DNA of 64,000 nucleotides from Gammaproteobacteria bacterium (GCA_965277715.1 OZ255836.1:2048001-2112000), one strand, 5' to 3'; positions 47,657 to 58,975 are shown, numbered from the stretch's first letter. Program-made: numbers and translations. The notes: generated from the sequence alone by a model not told the origin.

Positions 47657-50509
47657 TCATCCCGTCCAACCTAACCCAGCAGCAATGCAGTTAATCGAGT
47701 GCAGCAAAGGGCTGCTATCAGGTCGCTGGTGAGTTGATTGTCTAAACTGCCGAATCAGTTCCACTTGGGTATTACTCACTTGATTGATGACCTCAGCGCG
47801 CCGCTCTATGCGGCTTTGGAAGTGCGCGAACCGCGTTGCAATGTGGGGCGCATCAGTGATCGACAAGAGCCGCTTTTTAGTGAGTGTAAACTCCGCTTCA
47901 ACCAGTGAAAAAACCCGCTCGCGCAATTCGGCATCGTCAACCAGCGAGGCGAACCGGGCGGCGACGTTCAGATCGACCTGTGCCAGGGTTTTTTCTACTT
48001 CATCGATAATTAGCCGGAATAAAGCACATTCGGCAAACATTTTTTTCAATAGCTGTTCGCCCGACTCACCGCGCACGGCGATAAATTGACTCAGCCCACT
48101 ACCAACCCCGTACCAGCCGGTGATCATATGACGGTTTTGGCTCCAGGCAAATACCCACGGAATCGCCCGTAGATCGTTGAGTGATGCAACGCCAAAGCGG
48201 CGTGCCGGGCGCGATCCGATGTTCAGCAGTGCTAGCTCTTCTACCGGGCTTGCGGCGCTGTAGTAATCGATCAGGCCCGGCTGCTCAACAAAGCTACGGT
48301 ACGCCGCCAATGAAGCGCCGGACAAAGCTTCCATCGCTTCATTAAACTCAGGGCTGAGTGCACTACCAGGTGATGTTCCGGCCAACAGTGTGTGCTCCAT
48401 TACCGTGGCGGTAAGCAATTCCATTTGATAACGCCCGGTGCCCCGGTTGGCGTATTTTGATGACACTACCTCACCCTGCTCGGTGATGCGGATGCGCCCC
48501 TGTACCGAGCCTGCCGGTTGCGCCAGTATGGCGCGCTCGGTAGGTGCGCCACCACGGCTTACAGATCCCCCTCTGCCATGGAAAAAAGCGATAGCAATGC
48601 CACAGGATTCGGCCACCTGGGTCAAGCCAATCTGCGCTTTGCTGGTTTCCCAGTTCGAGGCTAAGAATCCACCGTCTTTATTCGAGTCAGAATAGCCAAT
48701 CATCACCTCTTGCACACCGCCCAACTCACGCACTGTGCGCCGCAACAGCGGCACGGTGAGGAGTGATTGCATAATGTCGGAGGCCGCCTGTAGATCACCA
48801 ATGGTTTCAAACAGCGGCACAACCATTAGGCTACAGCTCTCAACACCTTGTTCATCAACAAACAAACCGACGTATTTAGCCAAGAGGTAAACGCCTAGAA
48901 TATCGCTGACACTGTGGGTCATGCTGAGTACAAATGCACCAAATGCCTCGCGATCGAAAGTCTCGCGTGAATCGCGCACCAGGTACAGTAGGTTAATCAA
49001 TTCTCTGGCTTCACCGGGCAAATCGTACAACAGCGGCAAACGTTGCAGTGGGGTGGAAAGCTCACTGTGTAACCAATCCAGCCAGGCCGGTGAGTCGAGC
49101 GCTGGCGGGGGCGCCGATGAACGCGTGACCAACGCCCAAACCGCCTGGAGGGTACGGTTGGTGACGTCGGTGTTCTGGCGCACGTCGAGGCGCACGGTAC
49201 GAAACCGGAACGCCTGCACTTCACGGCGCAGCGGGGTGACATAAGCGCTGGCTAGGTCTTTGCAGTGTGCACCGCTCATACCGGCTTCCAGGGTACGCAG
49301 GTCATCGATCAATGCGTCTGCACCGTCATAGGCAAGATGGTTTTTCGCCCCGTCTGTTACTTTACTTGCCGCCCTATTTGTCGCTTGGTCATTATCAATT
49401 CGCTCATTGGCAATCGCCAGATTGGCATCCAGCTTATGTACCATACAGGCAATAAACTGGCGAAATACTTCACCGGGGTTACGGGCGGTAATGACCTCCG
49501 CCTCACCTGTTTCAACCAGTAGATTATCCAGCGCCTGCAAGAACGTGGCGGGCACAGTCAAGGCATTGCGGGTGGCGCTGAGAGTACGCAACAACACACG
49601 AAAGCGCTCGCGATAGTGCTGTAATGCGGCGAGACGATTGGTTTGCAGGGCATTGCGAGTGACGTCACAGTCAACATAGGGGTTGCCGTCCCGATCACCA
49701 CCTATCCAGGAGCCAAACTGGAAAAAGGCGGGCAGCGAAAAGTGAACATCCGGGTAGTGTTGTTTTAACGCCCAGGATAAGGAATCCTGAAGTTCGGGAA
49801 TCAAGCCAAAGATAGTGCCACGAAAAAAGTGCAGCCCCCAAGCCACCTCTTTTTCAACCGCCGGTTTTTCCAGCATCAATTCACCGCTTAGCCACAGCAA
49901 ATCGATTTCGTTGCGCAGGCTATCAATCAGGCGCGTGCGCTCTCGCTCAGTCCAGCGGGTCGATTCCAGATCGACCAGGCGGCGGTAGATACGGCGGTGA
50001 ATTTCCAGCGCAGTAATGCGCCGTGTCTCGGTGGGGTGGGCGGTGACCGTAGGGCAGATGTAGGCTTTGTTAAAAAATTCCTGGAGTTGATCAGCGTCGA
50101 TACCAGCGCGTGCCGCTTTGGCAATAATATGGGCAAATGTGCCGCGCCGCCTGGGCTGGTCAACCTGCTGCCCGTGCTCGCGGCGCAAGCGCATGGCAGC
50201 GTTTTCCTCGGCGATATTCAGCAACTGAAACCAGATACCTTGCACTTGCAGACAATGCAGTAGCTTGTCACTGTCATTGAGCAATGTCGTGGCGTCACCG
50301 CGTAGCTGGGGCAGGATAGCCGGTACGCGCTGGCCAACAACGTCCATCAGCAGCGTGTGTAATTGCTCAACAACGCCCGTCGCGTAGTCGGTCGCCAGGG
50401 TTGCGCCGGGGTCAAGCGATAGCGGGCCAAGTGACAGATGATCAGGCGACAGCGGATTGAGCGGCAGCGGTGCGGCGCCCTGCGCGGTAGTATCATTTAT
50501 GCCAGACAT
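47657..50509 (-). CDS. ppc: Phosphoenolpyruvate carboxylase
   Basis: TAHPTE, SWIGGDRDGNP, VMIGYSDSNKDGG, FHGRGGSVSRGG, LRAIPWVFAWSQ, IAAGLGWTG. Confidence 0.96.
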   Translation of the reverse strand: MSGINDTTAQGAAPLPLNPLSPDHLSLGPLSLDPGATLATDYATGVVEQLHTLLMDVVGQRVPAILPQLRGDATTLLNDSDKLLHCLQVQGIWFQLLNIAEENAAMRLRREHGQQVDQPRRRGTFAHIIAKAARAGIDADQLQEFFNKAYICPTVTAHPTETRRITALEIHRRIYRRLVDLESTRWTERERTRLIDSLRNEIDLLWLSGELMLEKPAVEKEVAWGLHFFRGTIFGLIPELQDSLSWALKQHYPDVHFSLPAFFQFGSWIGGDRDGNPYVDCDVTRNALQTNRLAALQHYRERFRVLLRTLSATRNALTVPATFLQALDNLLVETGEAEVITARNPGEVFRQFIACMVHKLDANLAIANERIDNDQATNRAASKVTDGAKNHLAYDGADALIDDLRTLEAGMSGAHCKDLASAYVTPLRREVQAFRFRTVRLDVRQNTDVTNRTLQAVWALVTRSSAPPPALDSPAWLDWLHSELSTPLQRLPLLYDLPGEARELINLLYLVRDSRETFDREAFGAFVLSMTHSVSDILGVYLLAKYVGLFVDEQGVESCSLMVVPLFETIGDLQAASDIMQSLLTVPLLRRTVRELGGVQEVMIGYSDSNKDGGFLASNWETSKAQIGLTQVAESCGIAIAFFHGRGGSVSRGGAPTERAILAQPAGSVQGRIRITEQGEVVSSKYANRGTGRYQMELLTATVMEHTLLAGTSPGSALSPEFNEAMEALSGASLAAYRSFVEQPGLIDYYSAASPVEELALLNIGSRPARRFGVASLNDLRAIPWVFAWSQNRHMITGWYGVGSGLSQFIAVRGESGEQLLKKMFAECALFRLIIDEVEKTLAQVDLNVAARFASLVDDAELRERVFSLVEAEFTLTKKRLLSITDAPHIATRFAHFQSRIERRAEVINQVSNTQVELIRQFRQSTHQRPDSSPLLHSINCIAAGLGWTG

Positions 50510-50515
50510 GCGCGG

Positions 50516-51487
50516 CTAAACCAGCTTATCGCGTGGGGTTTCACCGTTAAAAAACGCCTGCACATTGTCGATCACGCGCATCCCCATAGCGTAGCGGGTC
50601 TCTTGGGTGGCACTGCCAAGGTGAGGTAACAGTACAACTTTTTCCATCGATAGCAAGGCATCTGACACCTGCGGTTCGCACTCGAATACATCCAGACCCG
50701 CACCGGCAATCTGGCCGCTTTGCAGGGCGTCAATCAGTGCCGCTTCGTCGACTACATCGCCTCGCGCTGTGTTAATCAAGAAGGCCGCTGGTTTCATCGC
50801 TGCAAAAGCATCGGCACCCATCAAGTGATGGGTTTCATCGCCACCTGGGCAATGCAGAGAGACAAAATCGGCCTGTACAAAGACGGCCTGCGCCGATTGA
50901 CAGGGTTGTGCATTCAAGCCCTCAAGCGCCTGTGCAGAGGGTGGAAGGGGGTCGTAAAACACCACGCGCATATTAAAACCGTGCACCGCCCGTGCGGCGA
51001 CTGCGCGAGCGATACGGCCCATGCCGATAAGGCCGAGCGTTTTGCCGCTCACCCGCGTGCCCATCATGTGCGTGGGGCGCCAACCGCTCCACGCTTTGCT
51101 GCGCACGTGGCGTTCACCTTCACCGGCACGGCGTGCCACCATCAGTAGCAAGGTCATGGCCAAATCAGCGGTGCAGTCAGTCAATACCTCGGGGGTATTG
51201 CTGACGGTTAGTCCCACTGCTTTTGCCGCATCCAGATCGATATGGTTAAACCCCACCCCATTACTGCCCAGCATTTTGGCACGCACCGTACTGGCACTCA
51301 GCACTTCGGCATTAATTTTATCACTGACGGTGGGTAACACGGCGTCCGCGTCTTGCAGTGCCTGTTGTAACTCGGTGACCGACATGGGGTGGTCGTCTGT
51401 ATTGAGTTGCGTATCGAACAGTTCACACAACTTAGCCTCAACGCGTTCGTGCCAGCGGCGGGTGACGATTATCTTTGGTTTGCTCAT
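50516..51487 (-). CDS. D-2-hydroxyacid dehydrogenase (glyoxylate/hydroxypyruvate reductase type)
   Basis: NTPEVLT, GLIGMGRI, INTARG, AGLDVFE.EP, LPHLGSAT. Confidence 0.9.
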   Translation of the reverse strand: MSKPKIIVTRRWHERVEAKLCELFDTQLNTDDHPMSVTELQQALQDADAVLPTVSDKINAEVLSASTVRAKMLGSNGVGFNHIDLDAAKAVGLTVSNTPEVLTDCTADLAMTLLLMVARRAGEGERHVRSKAWSGWRPTHMMGTRVSGKTLGLIGMGRIARAVAARAVHGFNMRVVFYDPLPPSAQALEGLNAQPCQSAQAVFVQADFVSLHCPGGDETHHLMGADAFAAMKPAAFLINTARGDVVDEAALIDALQSGQIAGAGLDVFECEPQVSDALLSMEKVVLLPHLGSATQETRYAMGMRVIDNVQAFFNGETPRDKLV

Positions 51488-51538
51488 TTAATCAATTTCC
51501 AGTGTTCAAGTTTAACAGACAGATTCAAGCAAGCAGGT

Positions 51539-51717
51539 TTAAGCCGTCTTAGCGAGCACATGGGCAACCCAGCTACCAAATTCAGAGGGACGGACAATAA
51601 CGCCAATTCCACAATCACGCAAAATTTCGGCCCTTTCATCGGCAGGTTCACCGCTGGCGAAGGCAATCGCACCCGCATACCCCTACGCCGACCTTTCAGT
51701 GCCGTCAGCCCCACAAT
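51539..51717 (-). pseudogene. C-terminal remnant of malate-CoA/succinate-CoA ligase alpha subunit (mtkB/sucD-like)
   Basis: IVGLTALKGRR /frameshift/ GYAGAIAFASGEPADERAEILRDCGIGVIVRPSEFGSWVAHVLAKTA* resembles the IAGxxAPxGRRMGHAGAI C-terminus; phospho-His replaced by Tyr. Confidence 0.8.
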
Positions 51718-53748
51718 TTATAGCAGAGCACCAAGTCGGCTACCCTGATCAATAGCACGCTTTGCATCCAGCTCCGTGGCACGATCAGCCCCACCGATAA
51801 GGTGCACTGATTGATGGCGTTTTTGTAGCGCATTCAGCAATGAACGCTCAGGCTCCTGCCCGGCGCAGACGACAATATGATCGACCGCCAACCGTTGCGG
51901 CTGATCACCATTGAGGATATGCAAACCTTCATCATCAATATGTTGGTAACGAACATTGGCCAACATCTGAATACCTCTGTTTTTCAATTTTGTGCGGTGT
52001 ATCCACCCGGTGGTTTTACCCAGTCGTTTGCCCACACGTTCATCGCGCCGCTGCAACAAATAGATTTGCCTGGGTGATATCGGCTGCACCGGTGCCTGCA
52101 ACCCCGCCCGCTGTTGCAGCGTCTGATCGATACCCCATTCATCGAGAAACGCCTGCCGTTGTGATACCAGTGGCGTTTCACTGTGCGACAGGAAATCCGC
52201 CACATCAAAACCAATCCCACCCGCACCAATAATCGCCACCGAAGGCCCAACAACACGCGCATTTTGCAGCACATCGAGATAACTCAACACCTTGGGATGC
52301 TCAATCCCCGGCAGCGATAAAGCACGCGGTGTAACCCCAGTGGCAATGACGATATGATCAAACTGTTCACCAACCAAGCCATCCACATCAGCGCGCTGAT
52401 TGAGCAATAATGTAACGCCATGCAGCTCAATCTGGCGCTGAAAATAACGCAAGGTATGCGCAAAATCAGACTTACCTGGAATGCGCCTGGCCATATTGAA
52501 CTGCCCGCCTATTTGCCCCGACGCCTCATATAAAGTAACACGGTGTCCACGTTGTGCCAGTACCGTCGCGCACGCCATACCCGCTGGCCCCGCGCCAACA
52601 ACAGCGATATGCCCAGGATGGTGTGTGGGTATGTAGTTGAGTTCGGTTTCATTGCAGGCGCGGGGGTTGACCAGGCACGTTGCGCGCTGCCTGGCAAAGA
52701 TATGATCGAGGCAAGCCTGGTTACAGGCAATACAGGTATTGATTTGATCATCCTTATTATCACGTGCCTTGTTGATAAACGCCGGATCAGCCAGGAACGG
52801 CCTGGCCATCGAAACCATATCCGCTTCTCCCGCCGCTAAAATTTGCTCGGCGAGTTGCGGTGTATTAATGCGGTTAGTCGTGATTACAGGGGTGTGCACA
52901 TGCGCTTTGAGGCGGGCGGTTACCCAGCTAAACACCCCCGGCGGCACTGATGTGGCGATTGTTGGAATCCGTGCCTCGTGCCAACCGACGCCCGCGTTGA
53001 ATAGATCAACACCCGCTTTTTCAAGCTGTATGGCCAGCGCGACAACTTCATCCCAGCTACTGCCATCGCGCACCAGATCAAGCATTGAAAGCCGGAAGAT
53101 AAGCAGAAAATCTTCACCTAACGCGGCACGTGTTCGCTCGACAATCTGGCGTGCAAAACGCGACCGGTGAGCAAAACACCCTCCCCAACGGTCTGTGCGT
53201 TTATTGGTGTGTGCCACCAGAAACTGGTTAATCAGATACCCCTCTGAGCCCATGATCTCGACACCATCGTAACCTGCATCACGTGCCAGTTTCGCGCATT
53301 GCACAAACGCACTAATCTGCCTTTCAATACCCGCAGGGCTTAGTTCACGTGGTGAAAAGGGGGATATCGGTGACGCAATAGGCGACGGTGCCACGCACAG
53401 GGGTGAGTAACCATAGCGCCCCGTGTGCAGGATTTGCATACATATTTTTGCGCCGTGCTGGTGCACGGCACGCGTCAGTAAACGGTGTCTTGGCACCTCC
53501 CAGCGGCGGCTGAGCTTGCCGGCAAACGGGGCAATCCAGCCGGCAATATTCGGCGAGATGCCCCCGGTAACCATTAAACTGACACCACCCTCTGCACGCT
53601 CAGCAAAGTAGGCCGCCAGTTTCTGGTAATCCTTGCGACGATCCTCCATCCCCGTATGCATAGATCCCATAAGTACCCGGTTAGGCAGTGTGGTGGCACC
53701 GATTGTCAGGGATGAGAAAAGATGGGGGAAACGAGGGTGCGGAGTCAT
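51718..53748 (-). CDS. fadH: NADPH-dependent 2,4-dienoyl-CoA reductase
   Basis: NRVLMGSMHTG, EIMGSEGYLINQF, GWHEARIPTIAT, CIACNQACLDH, LGKTTGWIHR. Confidence 0.96.
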   Translation of the reverse strand: MTPHPRFPHLFSSLTIGATTLPNRVLMGSMHTGMEDRRKDYQKLAAYFAERAEGGVSLMVTGGISPNIAGWIAPFAGKLSRRWEVPRHRLLTRAVHQHGAKICMQILHTGRYGYSPLCVAPSPIASPISPFSPRELSPAGIERQISAFVQCAKLARDAGYDGVEIMGSEGYLINQFLVAHTNKRTDRWGGCFAHRSRFARQIVERTRAALGEDFLLIFRLSMLDLVRDGSSWDEVVALAIQLEKAGVDLFNAGVGWHEARIPTIATSVPPGVFSWVTARLKAHVHTPVITTNRINTPQLAEQILAAGEADMVSMARPFLADPAFINKARDNKDDQINTCIACNQACLDHIFARQRATCLVNPRACNETELNYIPTHHPGHIAVVGAGPAGMACATVLAQRGHRVTLYEASGQIGGQFNMARRIPGKSDFAHTLRYFQRQIELHGVTLLLNQRADVDGLVGEQFDHIVIATGVTPRALSLPGIEHPKVLSYLDVLQNARVVGPSVAIIGAGGIGFDVADFLSHSETPLVSQRQAFLDEWGIDQTLQQRAGLQAPVQPISPRQIYLLQRRDERVGKRLGKTTGWIHRTKLKNRGIQMLANVRYQHIDDEGLHILNGDQPQRLAVDHIVVCAGQEPERSLLNALQKRHQSVHLIGGADRATELDAKRAIDQGSRLGALL

Positions 53749-53877
53749 TGGTCGCTCGAAAAAACAGTGGAAAGTAGTTTAATTTAGGATTATGCCACCA
53801 TTCTGTCTGGACTTATTTGATTGGGGTTTATTTTATGGGGGATTATCTATAGTCCATTTACCCAATGGGGATTGACG

Positions 53878-55203
53878 TTAAATCAGGTAATCGACAGAGG
53901 GGGTTTTTTTCATCGCCAAACGCTCGGTTAACCGGGTGGAAAACTGCGTGTAATAATGTGCCTGCATAGCCGGTGACACCTGCTTAAACACTTTCCGGTT
54001 TACAACGCACACAGTGACAGCAGACAACGCCTGAACAGCCGCGATGCTTTTGGCGCGCTTGATAAACCCAGCTTCACCAAAATACTCACCACGGCCAATC
54101 GCCTGCATAAAACAACCGTTACAACGCATCACCAGATCACCGTCGAGAACAATATACAGATTGTCATCAGACACCGCCTGCTCAAGCGCAACCTCACCCG
54201 GCTTATAACTTAATAAGCGACAGGATTTAATCACCACGTCAATATCCGCCTCACCCATGGGTTTAAATAACGCCAGATCCCGCAATGTCTGTCCAGATTC
54301 ATCGGTGCTATTAGTATTAGTAACCGGGCTGGATAACATACTGTCTGCAATAATGGAAATTCCTTCGGCAAATTCGGCGACCGACTGATAGCGTTTATCT
54401 GCATCCTTGTGTAGCGCTTTAGCGAGAATATCTGATAATTCCCGTGGCAGATCGGGGCGAATATCTGACAGACGCGGTGGCGGCTGACTGATGATAGAAC
54501 GAAATAGCGCCTGTATGGTATTGGCTACAAACAACTGTCGGCCTGTAAGCATCTCAAACAACACGGTAGCCAGTGAATAAAGGTCACTCTGCGGTCCCAA
54601 CGCCACACCGAGCACCTGCTCCGGCGACATATAGTTTGGCGTGCCCAACGCCACCCCGGCACTACCGACAAACTCCTGGTGGGTGGAAATGGCAATACCA
54701 AAATCGAGTATTTTCGCCACATTTTGCGGCGTCAGCATAATATTCGATGGCTTAATATCACGGTGAATAATACCCTTGCCATGCGAATAATTGAGTGCCT
54801 GGGCACTCTCGTAAATAATTTCCAGCACTCTGCGGGTCGGCAACGGTGTTCTGCCCTTACCAAACTCAGTCAACTGTGTGCCGGGCACATATTCCATCAC
54901 CAGGTAATTGAGGTTTTTATGAATCCCTCTATCGTACAAAGCGATAATGTGTGGGTGGGCCAGCTTGCTAATAGCCGCCGCTTCTGTAAGAAACGAACGC
55001 TGTGCGGTAGCTGATTTTTTGCTGTCACCATCACTGCCGTTAAATGAAAATTTAATCGCGACTTCGCGGTAGATACTCGGATCGTATCCCTTAAAAACAG
55101 CGCCAAAAGCACCACTCCCCAGGCACTGCCCCAGTTCGTACTGACCAACTTGGTCTGGCACATCAACACCCATTGCCAATTCACGGGTTGCTTTCATTAT
55201 CAC
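53878..55203 (-). CDS. Hanks-type Ser/Thr protein kinase with C-terminal cNMP-binding domain
   Basis: LGSGAFG, VAIK, HRDIKPSN, DFG, GTPNYMSPE; LYIVLDG...GEYFGE. Confidence 0.9.
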   Translation of the reverse strand: MIMKATRELAMGVDVPDQVGQYELGQCLGSGAFGAVFKGYDPSIYREVAIKFSFNGSDGDSKKSATAQRSFLTEAAAISKLAHPHIIALYDRGIHKNLNYLVMEYVPGTQLTEFGKGRTPLPTRRVLEIIYESAQALNYSHGKGIIHRDIKPSNIMLTPQNVAKILDFGIAISTHQEFVGSAGVALGTPNYMSPEQVLGVALGPQSDLYSLATVLFEMLTGRQLFVANTIQALFRSIISQPPPRLSDIRPDLPRELSDILAKALHKDADKRYQSVAEFAEGISIIADSMLSSPVTNTNSTDESGQTLRDLALFKPMGEADIDVVIKSCRLLSYKPGEVALEQAVSDDNLYIVLDGDLVMRCNGCFMQAIGRGEYFGEAGFIKRAKSIAAVQALSAVTVCVVNRKVFKQVSPAMQAHYYTQFSTRLTERLAMKKTPSVDYLI

Positions 55204-55249
55204 TCTAAACCAGTTATCTTAAAAATATCTATTAAACCAATCAGATTTC

Positions 55250-56617
55250 TTAACCGAATTTATCGACAAGACGGCCTAATAGCTTACTGTGTATATCATC
55301 AAACCCACCGTTTGACATGATCACAACATGATCCTGATTTTGTGCATGGCCCATTATCCATTCGGTGATTGTAGGCACATCCGACAATACCTGCACTGTC
55401 GCAGAGGAGACGGTTTTGCACACCCTGTCAAACCCCTCACCAGGGACGCAATGTACCAGAACCTGGTCGGCACAGGCAAAAGATTGCGGCAGTTTTTCAG
55501 TGTGTACCCCCATACGCATACTGTTCGAACGCAGTTCCACCACGGCAATGATCCTACCGCTGGCAATACGCGCCCGCAGTGCCTGCAGGGTTGCCGCAAT
55601 AGCGGTGGGATGGTGGGCAAAATCATCATAAACCGTGATGCCCGCAATACAGGCACGCACTTCCAAACGGCGCTTGACGCCCTGAAACCTGGCCAGAGAA
55701 ATCGCCGCGCTGTCGGGCACCACGCCTGCATGGCGCGCCGCTGCCATAGCCGCCATCGCATTAAGGGCATTGTGTACCCCTGGCATTGTCCACTGTGCCG
55801 TCACGGATGTTCCTTCCGGTGTCACAACCTGTATGCCCCGCTGATCAACGTTGTCTAGCACCCAGGTCGGTTGTTGCGCTGGCACCTGTTCAGAAAAATA
55901 CTCGCGCTCACTCCAACACCCCTGCTCAAGCACTTCAGCAAGCGGCGCATCATCACCATTGATAATAAGCTTACCGTTACCAGGCACCACCCTGATCAGG
56001 TGATGGAACTGCCGCTGGATCGCGGCCAAATCGGGAAATATATCGGCATGGTCAAATTCGAGGTTATTCAACACCAACGTATTCGGGCGGTAATGTACAA
56101 ATTTAGAACGTTTATCGAAGAACGCGGTATCGTATTCGTCAGCTTCAACGACAAAAAAAGGCATTTTACCCAGGCGTGCAGAAAGCCCGAAATTGCTGGC
56201 GATGCCACCAATTAAAAACCCCGGTTGCAAACCGGCATCTTCCAATAGCCAAGTGAGAATACTGCTGGTAGTGGTTTTGCCGTGGGTTCCGGCAACCGCT
56301 AACACCCAGCGCCCCTGCAATACATGATCACCCAGCCACGCAGGGCCAGATGTGTAGGGTATCCCACAGTTGAGCACCCGTTCGACCTCAGGATTACCGC
56401 GTGACAAGGCATTACCTATTACCACCAAATCCACATCAGCGGCAATATTATCTGCGGCATATCCCTCCATCAGGGCAATACCCGCCTCATTCAATTGCGT
56501 GCTCATCGGTGGATATACATTGGCATCCGAGCCACTGACCTCGTGTCCCAGGGTACGCGCAAGCAGCGCGATGCCGCCCATAAACGTGCCACAAATCCCA
56601 CTTATATGTAATTTCAT
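55250..56617 (-). CDS. mpl: Murein tripeptide ligase
   Basis: HISGICGTFMGG, AGTHGKTTT, EADEYDTAFFDKRSKF, DDFAHHPTAI, MSNGGF. Confidence 0.96.
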   Translation of the reverse strand: MKLHISGICGTFMGGIALLARTLGHEVSGSDANVYPPMSTQLNEAGIALMEGYAADNIAADVDLVVIGNALSRGNPEVERVLNCGIPYTSGPAWLGDHVLQGRWVLAVAGTHGKTTTSSILTWLLEDAGLQPGFLIGGIASNFGLSARLGKMPFFVVEADEYDTAFFDKRSKFVHYRPNTLVLNNLEFDHADIFPDLAAIQRQFHHLIRVVPGNGKLIINGDDAPLAEVLEQGCWSEREYFSEQVPAQQPTWVLDNVDQRGIQVVTPEGTSVTAQWTMPGVHNALNAMAAMAAARHAGVVPDSAAISLARFQGVKRRLEVRACIAGITVYDDFAHHPTAIAATLQALRARIASGRIIAVVELRSNSMRMGVHTEKLPQSFACADQVLVHCVPGEGFDRVCKTVSSATVQVLSDVPTITEWIMGHAQNQDHVVIMSNGGFDDIHSKLLGRLVDKFG

Positions 56618-57174
56618 ACTTCACTGACCGGGGCAGTAGATTCAAGTATTGGCGCTGGAAACAAATAATCGGCCACCATTACCACCGTTATCAAATAGGC
56701 AATTGAGACGATAACCCCTACCCTCATACGGATACCGAAGCAGTGACGAAAAATATTTGCTACGACGATCACGCTCCAGAGATACAACCCGAGCAGTATC
56801 AATGACACACTGGTGCTCACCGTATCCCCCGCATCAAGACCATCAGTCGACAGCAATATCGGCCAGAAAGCCAGGTTGAGTAACGCTCCGGTACCGCAAA
56901 GCGCCGCATAGCCCTGTACAAAACGCTCCCGGTGCCCGGTTATTTTCAAACCACCGTATAACAACGCGAATAGCACCAGCATATCCAGCGCGACCCTCGG
57001 CAAAGACTCAGACAACCCATAATGGGATGAGATAACCACGACGTAGCTCAATACCGAGGCAGTCACTGAACCCCAAAATACCGCATAAGTGTTGGGCACC
57101 TGATAAGGCTGGGCACGGAGTAAAACCATTTTAAAATACAGGCAGGTCAGTTGTAAAAAATGCTGCATACACAA
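56614..57174 (-). CDS. Hypothetical integral membrane protein
   Basis: About five hydrophobic segments; stop overlaps the mpl start (ATGA). Confidence 0.75.
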   Translation of the reverse strand: MCMQHFLQLTCLYFKMVLLRAQPYQVPNTYAVFWGSVTASVLSYVVVISSHYGLSESLPRVALDMLVLFALLYGGLKITGHRERFVQGYAALCGTGALLNLAFWPILLSTDGLDAGDTVSTSVSLILLGLYLWSVIVVANIFRHCFGIRMRVGVIVSIAYLITVVMVADYLFPAPILESTAPVSEV

Positions 57175-57314
57175 TCACCGGGTTGGAATAACCCTAATAA
57201 CCAGTTGAGTTGTCGCCAAAGCGTTTAACCAAAGACCTATCGGGTTTAGGCACGCTATAGAAAACAACAACAGGTTCGACTGATTGTTAGGGTAATGTAG
57301 GGCATAATACGTTT

Positions 57315-58355
57315 ATGCAATTGACAATGATACAAGCTGATGACTGGCACTTACACCTGCGTGATGGTGACGCCCTGGCCACCACCGTTGCCCACAGTGC
57401 CGCACAATTTTCCCGTGCATTAATAATGCCCAACTTAAAACCACCCATTACTCAAGTGGTAATGGCGGAGGCATACCAACAACGGATTCTTGCCGCACTC
57501 CCCGAAACAATGTCATTTGAACCGCTGATGACCCTGTATCTAACCGAGTCCACCCCGGTTGAAGAAGCCACCCGCGCTGCGGCATCAAATGTGATCAAAG
57601 CGTTCAAATATTACCCGGCGGGCGCCACCACTAATTCAGATGCCGGTGTGCGCAACCTGGAAAAAATCTACCCCCTGCTGGAAGCAATGCAAACGAGTGG
57701 CCTGGTGCTGTGCCTGCACGGTGAGGTGGTCGACAGTGACGTGGATATTTTTGACCGCGAGAAATTATTTATCGAACGCGCCCTGGTACCGCTGGTAGCG
57801 GCTTTTCCGGCACTAAAAATTGTGCTCGAACATATCACCACAAAAGAGGCGGCAGCGTTTGTGCAGAGCGCCCCCAGCACCGTGGCGGCAACACTGACGC
57901 CGCAGCATTTACTCTACAACCGCAATGCCTTGTTCCAGGGTGGTATTCGCCCACACTATTACTGCCTCCCCATTCTTAAGCGTGAATGTCACCAATTGGC
58001 ACTGGCAGAGGCCGCGCTAAGTGGCAATCCAAAATTCTTTCTTGGCACCGACAGCGCACCCCATACACAAACGACCAAAGAGAGCGACTGCGGCTGTGCC
58101 GGGGTTTACTCTGCACACGCGGCGCTCGCCTTATATGCCGAGTTTTTTGAACAGCACGGCGCATTGGATAAACTGGAGGCATTTGCCAGCCATTTCGGCG
58201 CCGATTTCTACGGCGTGCCGCGCAACACCAGGACAATAACACTGACAAAGAAACCCTGGCGTATCGCCAATGATTACCCACTGGGGCAAGGCAGGCTGAT
58301 TCCATTTCGCGCCGGTGAAACCATGCAATGGTCACTCAGTGGTAGCGGACAATGA
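57315..58355 (+). CDS. pyrC: Dihydroorotase (type II)
   Basis: [40 protein letters not shown]. Confidence 0.97.
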   Translation: MQLTMIQADDWHLHLRDGDALATTVAHSAAQFSRALIMPNLKPPITQVVMAEAYQQRILAALPETMSFEPLMTLYLTESTPVEEATRAAASNVIKAFKYYPAGATTNSDAGVRNLEKIYPLLEAMQTSGLVLCLHGEVVDSDVDIFDREKLFIERALVPLVAAFPALKIVLEHITTKEAAAFVQSAPSTVAATLTPQHLLYNRNALFQGGIRPHYYCLPILKRECHQLALAEAALSGNPKFFLGTDSAPHTQTTKESDCGCAGVYSAHAALALYAEFFEQHGALDKLEAFASHFGADFYGVPRNTRTITLTKKPWRIANDYPLGQGRLIPFRAGETMQWSLSGSGQ

Positions 58356-58975
58356 GTTACCTGCCCGGAAAAACCACCCGTATCGCCGAGCGTTTCCGTA
58401 GCTACCTACCGGTTGTCGTCGACGTGGAAACTGGCGGCTTTAACCCGGCGACCGATGCGCTACTGGAAATTGCAGCGGTAATTATCAACATGGATCAAGA
58501 CGGAAAACTGATTCCCGGTGAAGTGCGTTCCTCACACGTGATTCCATTTGAAAACGCCAACCTTGAACCAAAATCACTGGAAATCAACGGCATCGACCCC
58601 TGGCACCCGTTGCGTGCTGCGCGCAAAGAAAGCGATGCGTTGGGGCACATCTTTAAACCTATCCGCCAGGCGATAAGCGACAGTGAATGTACGCGTGCCG
58701 TGCTGGTGGGCCACAATGCCTTTTTTGATTTGAGTTTTATCAACGCAGCAGTCAAGCGGACGGGCATCAAGCGCAACCCCTTTCACCCATTCAGCAATTT
58801 TGACACCGTATCACTGGCTGGGTTGGCGTACGGACAAACCGTATTGGCCAAAGCCAGCGAAGCCTCTGGCATTAAATGGAACAATGACGAAGCCCATTCA
58901 GCCGTTTACGATACGCTGCAAACGGCTACATTGTTTTGCAATATTGTCAATTACTGGGAATCGCTGCATCAGTGA
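58352..58975 (+). CDS. rnt: Ribonuclease T
   Basis: [40 protein letters not shown]. Confidence 0.96.
   Translation: MSYLPGKTTRIAERFRSYLPVVVDVETGGFNPATDALLEIAAVIINMDQDGKLIPGEVRSSHVIPFENANLEPKSLEINGIDPWHPLRAARKESDALGHIFKPIRQAISDSECTRAVLVGHNAFFDLSFINAAVKRTGIKRNPFHPFSNFDTVSLAGLAYGQTVLAKASEASGIKWNNDEAHSAVYDTLQTATLFCNIVNYWESLHQ

Noticed and set aside
51484-51714. 76-aa ORF in the track as a real gene
   Set aside because: It is the frameshifted read-through of the mtkB/sucD remnant.
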